64,000 nt of DNA from Flaccisagitta enflata (taxonomy: Eukaryota): contig OZ231126.1 in NCBI GenBank assembly GCA_965153355.1, forward strand, positions 23,994,001-24,058,000, written 5' to 3'. The position numbers and the translations under genes are program-made. Positions 26,518 through 43,290 of this stretch are shown here, in pieces. How positions within the stretch are numbered: position 1 is the stretch's first letter; each line of letters opens with the position of its first letter. The notes below the pieces were generated by a model that was not told where the DNA came from, did not search any database, and worked only from the letters and a program-made list of their open reading frames with translations.

Positions 26518-26879
26518 CTTATCAAAATACAAGCAGAGACAGAGAGACAAAGAGAGAAAGATAGACAGAAAAAGAGAAAGAAACATGGAGAGAAAGGGTC
26601 AGAGACAGACCGCGTGCGACAGAGAGAAAGAAAGAGACAGAAAGAGCCTTTAATCCCGCTTTTGCACCTGCGAGTTGATTAACTCTCTGTCTTCATGCAA
26701 CAAGCAATTATAACGAAAAAAAATCCACACTGAGAGTCTCAAGACATTGAACATTTTTTTCCACTCAGATATCATATCAAAAGGAAGTCGACCGTTGACT
26801 CTTACAACTGTTTTTATTGCTTGCAACCTGGTTCACCACCTTTGATGTGTCTCATCCCGTAACATTTACATGCATTTTA

Positions 26880-26971
<92 letters not shown>

Positions 26972-29144
26972 CTTTCTTTATTTTCTTCCCTTTTCCCCCT
27001 TTCTTCTTTGAAAATTTGAAATGTTTTCGTTGTGACGCTCCAGTTTTCTGTTCGAGTAATTTTCATGCTTCCTCTTCTTCGCTCTTCCTCCTCCTCCCTA
27101 TTTCCCGATAATGTTTCTTCTTCCTCTTCCTTTTCTCCACCTTTTTCCCTTTCCTTTTATGTCACACTCTCTCTTTTTTTTATATAAATAAAAATCATTA
27201 TACGAAAATTACTAAGTTACTTTACGCTCCTCGAATTTGAATTTAATAACTTCACTTGCACTTAATGTTCTCAAGTGGTTTTAAGACACGAGCGTGACGC
27301 TACATCGTCCGATCCGTCGGTCTGTCTGTCGATCAAGTCATCGAAGGCATCGATCATTCAACAGGTTGTTCAGGTCTAGCCAAAGGTAACATTTCTTGAT
27401 AACAAGAGGTGCCTCAATCTAATAAACGCAACAACAGTCACTCCACGCTGACTGCTCATTTGTTGAATAAAATTCATTCATTCATTCATTCATTATTTGA
27501 ATTTGATCCTTATAATAATCGGTTCAGTCCGTTGATCTATTTGCCGCCTCTCTAAATTCGTTAATTACGCAACGATTGTTTGTAAAAGAGCGAGTAACAA
27601 ACAGAGTTATGGAGACACCATTTGTCACGGAAAGGAATTATGGAGTCAAATCAGTTTTTTTTCTGCCTGGCTCTTATCCAGCATTCCACTTGTGCAGCCT
27701 TTTCTGTTTAACCATTGTTTCCTTGTTTTTGTTTTTGTTTGTTTGTTTTTTTCTGGGGGGGGAGGGTAAATGATTCCGTGTAGTGCACAGTAAATAGCGT
27801 GGAGACACTAAGAGACTTTAAATGATCTATCAACCCAATTTTATGCGCTCTCTTTTTCCAAATTCATCATTCTACCTTTTTCCCCAGCAGAGTTTACAAA
27901 AGACGGCAAAAAAAAAAAAAAAAGGGAAAAAAGACATTATATATTGTTTACGTTAAAAACTCCTTTCTCCTCCATGTGTAAATGTGTGCTCTCCTTTCGT
28001 CGTCTATGTCGTCTCCGTGATCATCTTCCTACCTTCCTTCCTACTTGTTGTTACAATCAGCTTTGCATTTTGGACGTAATGGCTGACTTTTCACCTTTTC
28101 GCTCCATCGTCGGATGCTCATTTATTTAATAGCCTCTTCGCCACCAGGGTCGTTGGTTGTAACGCCGTTGTGTTTTCTTTTGCTCTCACTCGCTCACGCC
28201 AGTGTTTTTCCTCTTTTTATTTGCTCGCCTTGAAAAAGAAATAAAAGAACAAAATCTTACTTTTCTCGAACTCTTGTATGCTTTCCTCTTTACTCTGTTA
28301 TTCTCGTTCTCCTTCGCGTTGGTCTTTTCTTGTTCTCCTGTCTCTCTTCTTGACGTGTGACTCGTCTCCCCTCTTTTCTTTTTTTTTTGCGGTGGTGAAA
28401 ACCGGATATAAACAAGCAACAAAATACGGTGGCAGCGACGGCGGCGTCAAACGGTGGCGTTTAAAGAGACAGCGGCAGTGGCTTCTGGAAGCGAACAGCG
28501 GAACAGCGGAACAGCGGAAGGACTCGGCGGCGTCGGCAAGAAGGCGGTAAGTCCCCGTAGTGCCATCTACCGATTCTCCAAATTGTCACACATTAAGAAA
28601 AAGGAACAACAGAGGATTCATTAGGAGCCAAAATCCAGAGAGGGGGTTAAAGAAGCCATTAAGGCAATTCAAGAGGGTGGATCCACACGCAATAACCGCC
28701 ATATGCCAGGCGAAAAGAAAGACAAGCAGAGAAACAGAGAAACAGATAGAGAGTGAAAAACCACTATTTCTATTCTCCCGGTTGTTGGGAGCGAATAGCA
28801 AACAAGGGGAAGGGGAGGGGGGGGGGGGGAAAGGGAGGAACGAAACAAACTACAGATCTTGAAAAAGAATCAAATAAAAAAACGAAACTTGGAAATGTTT
28901 TCGCCCCCATGGAATGAATTAAAGATATCTTGGGGGGAAAAAAAATTAAGCGGAAAATCATTTCCATAAGTTCATTTGTTTTTGTTTATCGCTTCCCAAC
29001 TTATTTTTTTCTTTTTAGGCTCGTTTTCTTCTTCAAAGATGCCACCACTGCCGATGTAACCAAAGCTGTTGAGAGTTCGCTGAAAAAACCGACATCATCA
29101 ATAGCGAAACAACATCACCGCTCATGAAAATCATATGCAACGAA

Positions 29145-29159
29145 AACAACAACAACAGC

Positions 29160-29220
<61 letters not shown>

Positions 29221-29266
29221 GCAACAACAGCATCAACAACAACAACAATAACAACAACAACAACAA

Positions 29267-29347
<81 letters not shown>

Positions 29348-29375
29348 ACAACAACAACAACAACAAACAACAACG
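29145..29375 (+). repeat. (AAC)n/(GACAAC)n microsatellite
   Basis: Direct. Confidence 0.95.
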
Positions 29376-30391
29376 ACAAAAACAACTGCAAACTCTCAAC
29401 CTGTCTACTCGCCACCCACAAATCACCCATCGTCGGTCTGGCCACCAACAACCCGGTCACCAGTCTATCGCCGTTTTTTCTTCTCCTTTCCTCCATCTCT
29501 TACTCCGCCCTCCATCGTTCCTCCCTTCCTTCCTCTTTCTCCCTCCTCCATTTCTTCCTCTTGCTCTTCTTCCACTTGTACTTTATCCGTGGCTCGTCGT
29601 AACGCAGTTGCAGGCTTCTAATTAGTGCCTCACCAGTTTTTTTCCCTTCCTTATCCTTGCCTCTTCTCTTCGCGAACGTCTTAATTAAACTCGTTTCTCC
29701 CTTTTATCTACATCAACGCCACTTTTCTAAAGTGTTTTAAAAGCTGTTTACAACAGCATTTCTGCATCACTACCGCATCACTCCGCCAACTACGGCATCA
29801 ATATAACAACAATTATAACAATAAGGAATCATGAGACGAACGGCCAAAAACAAAAGATCAAAAAGAGCGTGATTGCAACAATTTGACGATGATGCCCCGA
29901 AAGAATGGAACGTCCAAACGCCTTTATTATTTGATCGTTATTGAATTCGTTTCTTATTATTGTGATCGGAAGATCTACAATCCACTGTTACAGCAACATT
30001 GACAATCCGATAGAATTAGGTGAATTTCTTTCGCTCTCAACGCCGATAAAATATGTCGTTTGTGTCATAGTCATCGATCTAAAACCGCCTAACCAGATCG
30101 TCGACATCATTGCCAATTCCAACCTTCTCAAGTCGACCTTCAACACCGACATCCTTGGCGACATATTGCGGCTACTCCATCCTTACCATCTAGCTCCGTG
30201 GTCAACGTCTTCGTTGTCTCATCGCAACAGAAGCAAAGGTGAGTCATTTTCAAGCAATTCCAACCGTAGTCGTGAATTTAGTCATGAATACAACCGATGA
30301 CAACGTCGGCCATCGATGTCCATGAGTAATCAACCGTTTAGTCTAACAACAAATGTTGTCGGTGAGAGAGAGGAAGAGAGAGAGAGGAAGA

Positions 30392-30484
<93 letters not shown>

Positions 30485-30485
30485 A

Positions 30486-30560
<75 letters not shown>

Positions 30561-32142
30561 CGTTCATTTTCCCCTATTACAAAAGATATCACTGAGACTA
30601 TCCTGGACCGTACTACTGACTTCCACTTTGTGGCCATTGATATTTCCTTAGAAAGAATAGAAATTTTCTAGGTTGCGGACAAGCCACTACAAGAGGCTTT
30701 GTCCGTCCGTCCATCGCTCCGTCTGTCGGTTGGTCTGTTAGTAATGATCTAGTCCTATCAACGTGCCTGTCTGAGGGTATTCGGGACAATTTTTGACGGC
30801 GGCGTACGTCGCATGGAAGAATGGATGTCAGACATGGATTTGAATGAGTAATTGAAACGGATTGCTGACCTGACATTGTACATTTTGACAAAAGAGTATG
30901 ATGCAAGCTGATAGTAACTCATGGTATAGTGATAGTTTATAAACAAACAAGTTGATAATGATGACTATGACAATGAGACTGTATGAGGAGAATTACAGTG
31001 AATTCACACAATGTAACGATACTGGAAAGTACTCATTTGCATATTGCAGTTGTAACATATCTTTCTCTCCGGATGACAATGAAGTTTCACCCGATATACT
31101 CCAAAGCGCAAACATATAGTTCGACATATTTCTGAGTGACCCCATTGTAATTTTGATGTGTTTTTTTTTTCATAATTATGGTCATAAAACCTGAGACAAA
31201 TCCCATTGAAATGACAGCTACTAAGTTTACCTGAGTATTACAGATGATTTTCCATGTTATAATTTCTTATCTCTTTTCTTTCTTCGTATGTTTCTCTCAT
31301 TATATTTACGGCGGGGGAGCCATCCCGCCTCGCAAATGTGGTGTAGCGGAAGCTGTAAAGTTTGGATTGAAACTGACACGTGATCCACAATGACTGTTGA
31401 AACATCAACATTTATTTTACCTATTCCGCATGGTATACAGATTGGGTTTGATCTAGATGAAGCAATGTATATGAAGGGGCGGTTAATCTAGTTTCAATTA
31501 TCTAAAGCCACCTGATTTACAAGTACATATAACAATGATTGTGGGACAGGTATTAATTGACCAGTTGAAACGGGCTGATATTAAGACCATTTTGAAGGGA
31601 CCATGAATGATTATGGCAGTTATTAACAGTTAGTTATCTATACCGATTGCTAATCAATTGTTCGTGAAGACAACAACAACGAGACTTTAAAGGCAATTTA
31701 TAAAGCATCTACAGGATGAAATGACGATTTTCCTTTCAGGAAGAAAAATATCATTTAGCGAGTATTTTCCTACCTCCATGCTCGAAATATTGAAAGTTTG
31801 TAACTCACTATCACCAGTCATTTGTTGGGATTTATCTTGCCTCTGCATTCGATAAACTCTACATATTTCCCACCCATCATCAAATAATTTTTTTTCCATA
31901 TCTCATTCTCACTGTCAGAGATGCGATGCCTTCCTGCTGGGCCCCAGCTAACCCTCCCAACTAACCCTCCTAACTAACCCACCTAACTAACCCTCCTAAC
32001 TTAACCCTCTAAGCCCTAACTGACCGTCCTAAGTCCTAACAATCGTACGCCGTTTCTGTCTCTATGAGACTGTGACTGTCTCTTACTGTTTCTATTTGTC
32101 TGTATGTTTGTCTGTGAGTCTGTCGGTCTTTGTGTTGTTGTT

Positions 32143-32239
<97 letters not shown>

Positions 32240-32891
32240 ATACTACTCAAGGATTTCATAAATCTCCCTTTCGTCATTTATCAGTGTTCCTCATGTGCGG
32301 GATCTCCTTTTCCTTTTTTCCTTATATGGAATCTATCTCACACACGCGTTTCTATGACGATGATTTTTCTTCCTTTTTTTGAGACTTGGGGGAGGTTTGT
32401 CTCGTAGTCGTTTTTTTGCACGTTGAAAAATCCTTTCGAGGGAAGTGGCGCCTGCTAGATTATTTCTTTTTTTCTTTTTTTTAGCTGCAGCTAAACTTTT
32501 CCTTATTTGGATTTTCTTTTTCTCAAACTTTTTTCCCTAATTTTGCCCCTCCTCCCCACACACATTTTCGATTTCTTTCAGTTGCGGTCACGCGACTCTG
32601 TAAGAGGCTTTGTCCGTCTTTCCATCTGTTTGTCCGTCCGACTGTAGGTCCAGGCATAACGTTCGAGTTAAAAAAAACTTGTGGAAACACGAGCGTTTTA
32701 TATGCTTTTCTGGGCATCTTTGTTGGTGGGGGGGGGGGCGTCGGGTGTGGACCCGTCCGCAACAAAATTGTGACCCCGCATCTATTGTTTCTATGTTGTT
32801 CATTCTGTTTATCAATATGATCTTGTGGAGTAGTTAATGTTACATTTTTCAATTGGCATCATAATCGAAACAATAACACGGTTCTACATCA

Positions 32892-33145
<254 letters not shown>

Positions 33146-34971
33146 CTCCAAATTCGCGTGAACGACTCTATGACCCACATTGTCGATTGGTCGGTTGGAT
33201 GGTTGGTTGGTCTGTAACGCTTATTGTTTTTGGCTTTTACTGGCGGTTTTTAACTTCCCCTACCCAAATACTTAGTAAGCCTTTTTTATCGCTGCCCCTG
33301 CCCACCCATGCCTTGTCCTGAATTGGACAGGCCTAATCTGGAAATGACATCACTAGCATTGCACGCTCAACCCACGATTCATGCACAAGCAAGCACGCAT
33401 CCTGCCAATCGTCCACACACGAGAACGCATTTCGCTAAACATGCAAGCTCAGGCCGGCATCCCACCAAATTACCAATCATGAAAACACAGGTACATTTCT
33501 CACCAATTATCCATGTGTATGCACGCATCTCACCAATCATCCATACACATTACACAAGCGCGCGTTACTTACATGCGACCGCGACTTGGGACTGACGTTA
33601 GTCTTTGCTTCTTTCAAAGCAAACTTGGCTTTTTCCTTTCCATTCTACTATGACGGTTCCCTCGGCACATATATACGTTTCCCTTCAGTTGTTCCATGGA
33701 AAATTCCTTCTTGATTCGATTTTATTCCCCCCATTCGTCAAAACATTAATCTTTTTTTCTTTTTTTCCTTTTTTTCTTTTTTTCCTTTTTTTCTTTTTCT
33801 TTTTTTCCCCTTTTTAATCCTCCTCTTCCGCCTAATCCTTTAGATTATCTTTAACCCGTGTTTGAAAAAAATCGTTTCATCTCTGTTTTCCTTAACAATT
33901 CATTTTACCCTCTACTTATTCTTACTCGAACATAAATACAAAAAATGTTGCCTCATCAAGATTTTAAAAGATAATGTATCAAAGGAAAATTGTTTTGTTT
34001 CTCACTCCTCTGAATCTGTCTGTTCCTCTGTTTCATGTCGCGACTGCTCAGGTTTTCATTGCATCATGACTGAGATGATGATCTATAAAGAAATGAAACC
34101 TTCATGTACAAAATTAAGAAGTAAGGATCAGATTTGTCTGGAAGATGTTGAAATAATTTTAGTGCCATAACTGCCATAAGCATTGGAATAGTGCTGAATT
34201 ATTGCTGACTATATGTCCAAGTAAGCAAAATAATCACCATTTTAAGGATAGAAAAAGTGGTGTCATCAGAAAAGCGTCACAAAAACATAAAAGAAGTCAT
34301 GTCTGTCTGTCTGTCAAGTTAGATGGTGAACAACGCATTCGTTAAGGACTGACTCATTTTTGGTAAACCTGCTGTAACAATTTCATTTTACTTAACTGTG
34401 TCTGTTCTTTCGCTCAAAGTCCTTTTTGGCAAATAAGCGACAAACGCGTTCCCTTTTGGATTGATTATTGACGCTTTCACAATTATGCCATGGCCTATGG
34501 GAAATTTTTTTCTCCCTCCTCTTCTTCCCCTTCCTATCTTGAGGCCTGAATTGCAGCCTGATGCACAATTTCCGGCAAATCCCGGCAGTTAGCCCTCATC
34601 TCAGCCACGAGACTCAAACCTAGGCTTGGAAGCCCACTGATTGTTGCAGCGGCCACTGCTCTACCATCCATTGACTAACCAGCATCATGATCTAGGAGGG
34701 CACGGCAGCCGCAGTGCAATCTACGGCCTTAGGGCTGTGTATTTCACTCTTTCCTTTCCCTCATTTCACCGGCTTACGTTTTTCCCTCTTTTCCACTCGT
34801 ATTCAATCCCGACGCCGCATCACGGGAAATTTCTTTTTTATGCAAATTAGATTATTTCTCATTTGGAGAGAGCCAGATAGAATCAATGGAAATGTCGCCT
34901 GCTTTCTCTTTTACGGTTGGCTGTCAATCTGTTCGCCGCTTGCACTGTCTTTGTCTGTCTGTCTCTCTCTT

Positions 34972-35085
<114 letters not shown>

Positions 35086-35155
35086 CGTCCGTACATCGAT
35101 AGGTCCGTTGATCCGTTGGTCGGTCTCTAACACTCGAGTTGGAAATTGTAAAAAC

Positions 35156-35493
<338 letters not shown>

Positions 35494-37583
35494 GAGGGGG
35501 AAGGAGGGGGGTTGTACGCCCAAGCCCACCCATCCGCAACAATATTTCAACCCAATGTTACTTGTTCAATGTTCATCGATTTTATTGAAAGACAAAACAT
35601 GAATTAACCAAGAGATGTTTGAAAAAGATATGAAATTGATCAACTCATATGATAAAGCCAAAACAACTATGGTTAATGGGTCAACCTTAAAATGTGCGAT
35701 TCTCATATCTTTTCTCGTGTGGGCATGGGCATGGAACAAATAGTGATAATGAACGACAGCTAATTGTTTTAATGACCACTAACTGGTCAGACAAGTATGG
35801 AACCTATCAATTTCTTTTCTTTTTTTATCCATGGAGTGTTAAAAACAATTGAAGTGCTCACTAAGAATGTGGAAACTGTTGTCCGCTTCCAAATTTGAGG
35901 ATGGGATAACTACTATTTTAACTCTTAAACAGAAGGAAAAGCGTCTTTGGAAGGCCGCATAAAAATTAACCGCTTCCATATCTCTAGTGCCCACTGATGC
36001 TGTAGCACTTTGATGTGTATAGAATGATGTCGAAAATAAAATCTTTCTGTAACATTTTTTAACTTAATGAAAATCTTCCTATTCAGTGAAGCAAAATGCT
36101 TACATTTTATTCTTTTTTGGGGGGAGGGGGGCAATCCAGAAATCGATGATGACGAGTGCTTTCACATACGAAAAAAATTCTTTTCCTCTTGGGCTAAGGG
36201 ACCGATGACCCATGCTTCCAAACAAAGGTGAAATTTCCTCTTCTTCTTTACCATACTTCCATCCCCTTATGGGCTCAAATCCCAACCTCGAGGTAGTCTC
36301 ATTGGGACCTATGATCTATGATTTCATTGATTTCACACAAATTCTCCTTCCTCATTAGAAGCTGAAATCTCGGCCATGCCTCTCAGCTCAAATCCCAGTA
36401 TCAAGGCTCAAATTCCAGCCTTATGGCTCAAACCCGAGCCTTCATACTCAATTCCAGCCCATCATCGCCCATTGGCTCCTTCAAGGCCGCTGTCCCTCTC
36501 ACCACCACATCTTTATGTTTACTGATTTAGGTGAAACGGGTACCACTGACCATCTGACGCTCTTGCGTCTATTTGTTTTCCTCCTACAACATCTACCCCT
36601 TGGGGCCTAAATATCAGCTTTGAGTTTCAAATCATAGCTTACAGTCTAGGCATAAGTCAAAGAACCCTTTGGGGCCGCCGCGCTGCCTCACTTGCCATCA
36701 AATACATTGTCCCTAACCATTTAAGTGATTTAGCCGCTACGTATCTAACTTTATGATAAGTTTTTGTATGAATTTGGTAATCACGGCCTTGGATCCGTTG
36801 GATGGTTGGCTGTGTTAAAAAGGTATTTGGTATAATCCATTGGCGTTTTCTTCCCAAATTGCATGACCATTATGTAATAAAGGCTTGTGAAATTGTGAAT
36901 CTTTGCCGGAAATTTTCTCAATGAGTTCTATGGTGCCTAATGTGCATTTGAGTTATTCTCAATCTAATTGACATCACTCCCAGTCTCTGAGTCACAACGA
37001 AAACAAAACTACACAATTCAAGTTTCCTTCCTTTCCTTTCCTCCTTTCCTCCTTACCGCCTAAATCTTCTGCTCTTCCTCCGCTTGGGCTTTTCTCGACT
37101 CTGATTGGACGAAAGCTAAGAAATTAGTTTTGGAGAGAGATAGCTTCTGGCTTTTGCCACCAGAGTCGCCTTTGCATGGGCACGCTCAGGATCCGATTTG
37201 CATGTTGAAGGAAATCCATCATGGCCGCCTCCTTGGTTCGACGCCATGACTTCTCCTTCGGTAGAGACATCTAAGGGAAGAAAACATGCAGAAAAAAGGC
37301 ATCAGGGTTGTTCTTATGTTTGAGAAGGATCTTAGGCTGAGCAATGGCTTATGCAATGTCGTTTTATCTCACCTTTCTGATGGTTCGCAAGGTACATATA
37401 TGAATGATTGGCTTCACTTGGGACACAAAAAGTAAATGACTGACAAAAATAAACTACCGAGGTAATTATACAAATATTTCCTCTTGAACCTTCTGGCATG
37501 GACATGTGTGGAAAATTGAACCAAGCAACAGATCAAATGCACTCAAGGAACTTCATAACTCTCTCCATTGTGAAACACAGATC

Positions 37584-37676
<93 letters not shown>

Positions 37677-37856
37677 GGCATCAATGTCATTTTACCAAAG
37701 GTCGATGCTGGGAAAAGGGACGTCTGAATTTCCGCTTGGTTTCTTCTTTGACTTTAACTAATTCCTTATCGAGTCTAAAATTGAACAACGACTTGACAGA
37801 CACACGTAAATCAACGAAACAAGATAAAAGTACGAGAAAAAAATCAACTCGCCAAC

Positions 37857-37915
<59 letters not shown>

Positions 37916-38030
37916 GAACGCTCTTCTACTGACACTTATAATCTCATTTGGAGCAGTACTGATACTGTGATTTGATTTATTTCTCCTTTCTATCGGCACG
38001 AAGAGTAAAGAACGTAAAAAATGGCAAGGT

Positions 38031-38127
<97 letters not shown>

Positions 38128-38418
38128 AGACATACAAATAGACGGACACACAGACCGATGCTGGGAAAAATGATGAACCAACAAAATGACAGACAGACAA
38201 GTCGACGAACAGACCGACAGATAGACGAACACTATCGTAAAAGAATGGAAAAAGAAACAGAAAGAGAGCTAGTTATGAAAAGACAGACTCTGAGACAGAA
38301 TTGAGACAGTCATCGCGTACCATCGTTTAATTGTTCTTTAACAAACTCATAAATTCTCAGCCTCGACTGACTCTCTTTACTTCTTTCGTTGACCTTCGGT
38401 ATTGCTTCTTCTTTCCTA

Positions 38419-38512
<94 letters not shown>

Positions 38513-38523
38513 TTTCCATTTTT

Positions 38524-38598
<75 letters not shown>

Positions 38599-38718
38599 CT
38601 CTTTCTTTCTTTCTTTCTATCTTTCTTTCTTTCTTTCTTTCATTCATTCTTTCTTTCTTTTTATTCTTTCTTTCTTTTTATTCTTTCTTTCTTCTTTTCT
38701 CTGTCTCTTGACTCACTT

Positions 38719-38794
<76 letters not shown>

Positions 38795-39056
38795 ACTGGC
38801 CGCCTTTTTTCTTTTTTTTTTTCAAATTTCATTCTTTTGAACAAAAAGAAAAAAAACTTGAATTTTGATTGATGGTCTTTCAATCGTCACTGTGGAAGTC
38901 TCTGTCGTCGTCGTTTTTGTCGCCATCACCGTGGTTGTCACCGTCATCACCGCCGTTGTAATCGTCGTCACCGTCGACGTCTCTGCCGTTATCGTTCTGT
39001 TTAATCGTCGTTATACTCCTGGTTATCTTGCTTAATTGTGTGACAACTGAAAAATG

Positions 39057-39146
<90 letters not shown>

Positions 39147-39155
39147 CAGACAGAC

Positions 39156-39186
<31 letters not shown>

Positions 39187-40425
39187 CAGAGAGAGAGACA
39201 GAGACAAAGAGACAAAGAGACAGAGAGACAGAGAGACAGAGAGACAGAGACAGACTGACAAGCAGACAGAGAGAAATTCCTTTTAAAAGATAGAAATAGA
39301 GCAATTAAAAAAAAAAGATGAGATCCATAGAATGATTTGTTTCTCGTCATAGAATCAAAGGCTTAAAATCTCGTCGGTAAATTTAAGGCGCATTTTTTAT
39401 TCTTTGCGGGGATTCGCTGAACCGACTCGTTTAGGGAGTATAAAGTAAATGACGAGAGGGTTTTACTCTGACAGGGGTTTCTTCTCTGACCAGGAAGTTC
39501 ATTTTTCAAACCAGCGGCTTGTCTTTATTTCCGATCCTTATGCGTCTAATGGCAACATATGAATCACTCTTAGATCGAGTCTGGTTATTAATAATATTCC
39601 CCTTTCTCCGACTGATCCATCAGTTAGTCGGCCACTGCCTTTACATGTGGTCGACAAGACAAAATGGAGGCCTATGTCGGCAACAGTATCAATTTCATTT
39701 TCTAACCATAGTTTGACAAACTGACCAATCTAGTAAAACAACACTCGATCTCGAATGTTCATTTTGAAAAAAAAGACCCATATCTACAAAATGACACTTT
39801 CTGAAAAAAACCTTGCTATGACTGCATCTTCACAACATAAATTTGACATTCTTACGCCAGGTGCAATTTAAAACTTAACACACATGAACAATCAACATTT
39901 GCCATGTAAAAAAAAAGCCCCGGTTTGTGGTTATATGTTGATCGCGTAAATTTGGTTTGCAAATCGACTCAAATTCTTTTTTGCACGCGTCGATGAGATT
40001 TCTATCTATTTAACCTTCTCAAAGGTTTTTCATCATGCATGGGATATCCGGGGAGATTCAACGCAAATTTATTCCGATTTTTTATGCCCCATAAAATTTT
40101 TCATCTTTTTTTTTCTCCTTTCGCTTGTGAGCGTGAGTCGGTTTTTTAGGTCGGCGGCCGGTAAGTCGGTCGATTGGTTGGTTTGGTCGGCCGGTTTGGT
40201 CGGTCTGGATCGCGGCCGGTTGGTCGGTCGATTCTGATGGTTGCACCTGCATCCGTTTGCCTCCGTTTTCCTTCTTTGCATCTTTCTCCTTCTTCATTTA
40301 TTTTTTATTTCTCTTCTTACTTTTTTCCATTTCCGTTTTTTCTCCCTTTTTTGCTTTTTCCTACTTTCTTTCACATTCCTCTTTTTTTGAAAATCGAGTT
40401 GATGAAATTCAAATGATTTTCACCC

Positions 40426-40506
<81 letters not shown>

Positions 40507-41606
40507 GGACGGACGGACGGACGGACGGACGATCAGATGGAGCATAGAGAGAGCTTTGGAAAATCGTATGACCTGCGAGTCTTGTACTGTTAGGCCAGGG
40601 GCGGATAATAGCCGCTATTTTAATCTAGAATATTACAAATCAGACCAATAGACAAACAACGATAGCTAACACCGATAGACCAACAAATCATAACATTGGG
40701 TCGCTTACACGCCACTGAGTATGCTAGTATCGCCAAAGAGTGGGGTTGTTGGGGTTCATATCGTAACTTAGCATGCCAAGGTGAATAAAAGAGTTAAAAC
40801 ATGATTTGCATATTGACGTGCCTCAGTTAAATAGAAATACTGCCGATATAGTGAATAAATCCGGAATGGTATGAAATCATATTTATAAAAACTTGTCTAT
40901 TCCGTTCTTGCGATTTTCTCATTTGGTTATACTGGACAAATACACACATCAGTGGGATTTTAAAGTCATTGAGATTTTTTGAACACCTGAGGCTTTCGTA
41001 TTCTAACGGTTATTTCTAGTACAAAAATCAACAAAATTATGTGAATTTACTGCCCCCTGGTCTTACTTTAATGAATCCGGAGTAGGATTTGAAGCCATTA
41101 ATGCCATCGTCGGTAACCATCTCGGTGACACGGCTGCCCTGCGGTGTTATACGGGAAACACTAGAGCATGTAACCGGGGTGCTCTTAAAGAGAAAAGTTG
41201 GGAATGATTTCCAAATAGATAAGAAGAAACAAACAACGAAGAGAGAAAAAGGGATATAAAAGGCAAAAAGAATTTCCGTTTTCTAAAAGAAGACAAAAAC
41301 AGGAAGAAAATAAACATCGGAATCTTTTTCTCGTTTTTCAATTCCCCATTCTCTCATTTTCTTAGCTTGATCGTCTGTTTCCCTTTTGTTGGCAAGGATA
41401 TCGCGAGCTTCCCGTTTCTGCCGCTGCTTTCTCGATGTCTCTGACGACCTTGCCGTGCCAACGCGAGAGAGAGCAACGCAATTGGCTCTCTCAATCTTTC
41501 TCCTGTTGTCTTTCTTTCTCCTGCTTGTGTTAAACAGCCATACGTCTCTTTGCATGGGCTTACCGGTCTGCTTACCTATTGTTGGTAAAATCTTCGTTCC
41601 TTCTTC

Positions 41607-41954
41607 TTTTTAGTCGCGGGCAGGTGACTCTACACCTTGCCCTGTCGGTCGGTAGGTCCGTCCGTCACATTTCTAATTTGCAAACGTTTTTTGCATAACT
41701 GCCCCTGGCCAAGCGTCCACGACTGTCTTGCCGTGTATCCGGCGTTGTTCTCCTCGTCTTAACTGCTTTTTCCTTACTACTTTTTAGTCGCGTGTCGGTC
41801 GGTCGGTTGGTCGGTTGGTCGGTCCCCTTTTTACTTTTTTAGCATTTTTGAGCTTTTTGAGCATACGGCTCCTGCTATGATGACCCAGTGACCTTCTCCA
41901 GAACTGCTCCTGCCCACCCGCACGCGACTAGGGTAGCCGTGTATCCGGCCTTGT
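41607..41954 (+). mobile_element. Two adjacent family A elements (41607-41749, 41780-41954)
   Basis: Two TTTTAGTCGCG starts and two GCCGTGTATCCGGC 3' hairpins. Confidence 0.75.
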
Positions 41955-42376
41955 TCTCCATATTAATACTTTTTTTCTTCTTCTTCTTCTCCTTCTTCTT
42001 CTTCTTCTTCTTCTTCTTCTTCTTCTTCTTCTTCTTCTTCTTCTTCTTCTTCTTCCTCTTTAACTCTGGTCTTACTCCTCTATGAACAGAATAACTGGAA
42101 GTCTTACTTCCTCTGCCACGTTTGCTAATGCTATTTCATATTGTCTGCTACTTCCTTTATACTTTCCGTCTCTCTCCGTCTCTCCTATTCCCCCGCCTGA
42201 TCACCATAATGATCTGGCACAAGATGTTGTACCACTGACGACCCCTTGCAGCCTAGGTACCTCATCAAAGGCTTGAATCCATATTTATGGCCTCATCTTA
42301 GGGCCATTGGTCAATTAAAAAACACATCCATACGACCATTTGCAAATTGGAAAGAAGATTCTGCTTCGTCTGGGCC

Positions 42377-42595
<219 letters not shown>

Positions 42596-42989
42596 GTAAG
42601 GCGGAGAGAAGGATGGAAGGGATTGGAGCATGCATCAGAAGCAGAAGAAAAGGAAGAAGAAGAAGAAGAAGAAGAAGAAGAAGAAGAAGAAGAAGAAGAA
42701 GAAGAAGAAGAAGAAGAAGAAGAAGAAGAAGAAGAAGAAGAAAGAAGAAGAAAAAGAAGACGAAGATGAAAAATATATAGAAAAAAGGAGATCAACAAAA
42801 TGATGTGAAATAAAAAAAAACAAGTTGCAAGAGAAAAAAAGAAAAGAAAAGAAGCAGGAGATATAGGAGGAGGAATAGTAGAAAAAAATAGTAGAACGAG
42901 ATGGATGAGGGAGAAGAGGGAGGAGAAGCCTGTAACGTTGATGATGTATGGAAAATAGAGCTTACGAATGGAAACCGATTTGTTCACGA

Positions 42990-43290
42990 GATGGTGGGAG
43001 ATGAGATATGAGGGCTGGTGAATTAGAGGTGTAGTTGTGGGGAAATTCGGATGTGGGGTGAGGAATGAGGGTTGGTTCAGTTGGTGGGAGATCGGATATC
43101 AGGGCTGATGAATTTGGGGTGTAGTTGTGGGGTGACTCAGATATGGGGTGAGGAATGAGGGTTGGTTTGGTTCAGTTGGTGGGAGATGGGATATCAGGGC
43201 TGATGAATTTGGGGTGTAGTTGTGGGGTGACTCAGATATGGGGTGAGGAATGAGGGTTGGTTCATTTGGTGGGAGATCGGATATGAGGGA
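42990..43290 (+). repeat. G-rich minisatellite, unit about 90-95 bp, just over 3 copies
   Basis: GGTGGGAGAT... recurs near 42993, 43083, 43177 and 43268. Confidence 0.85.
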
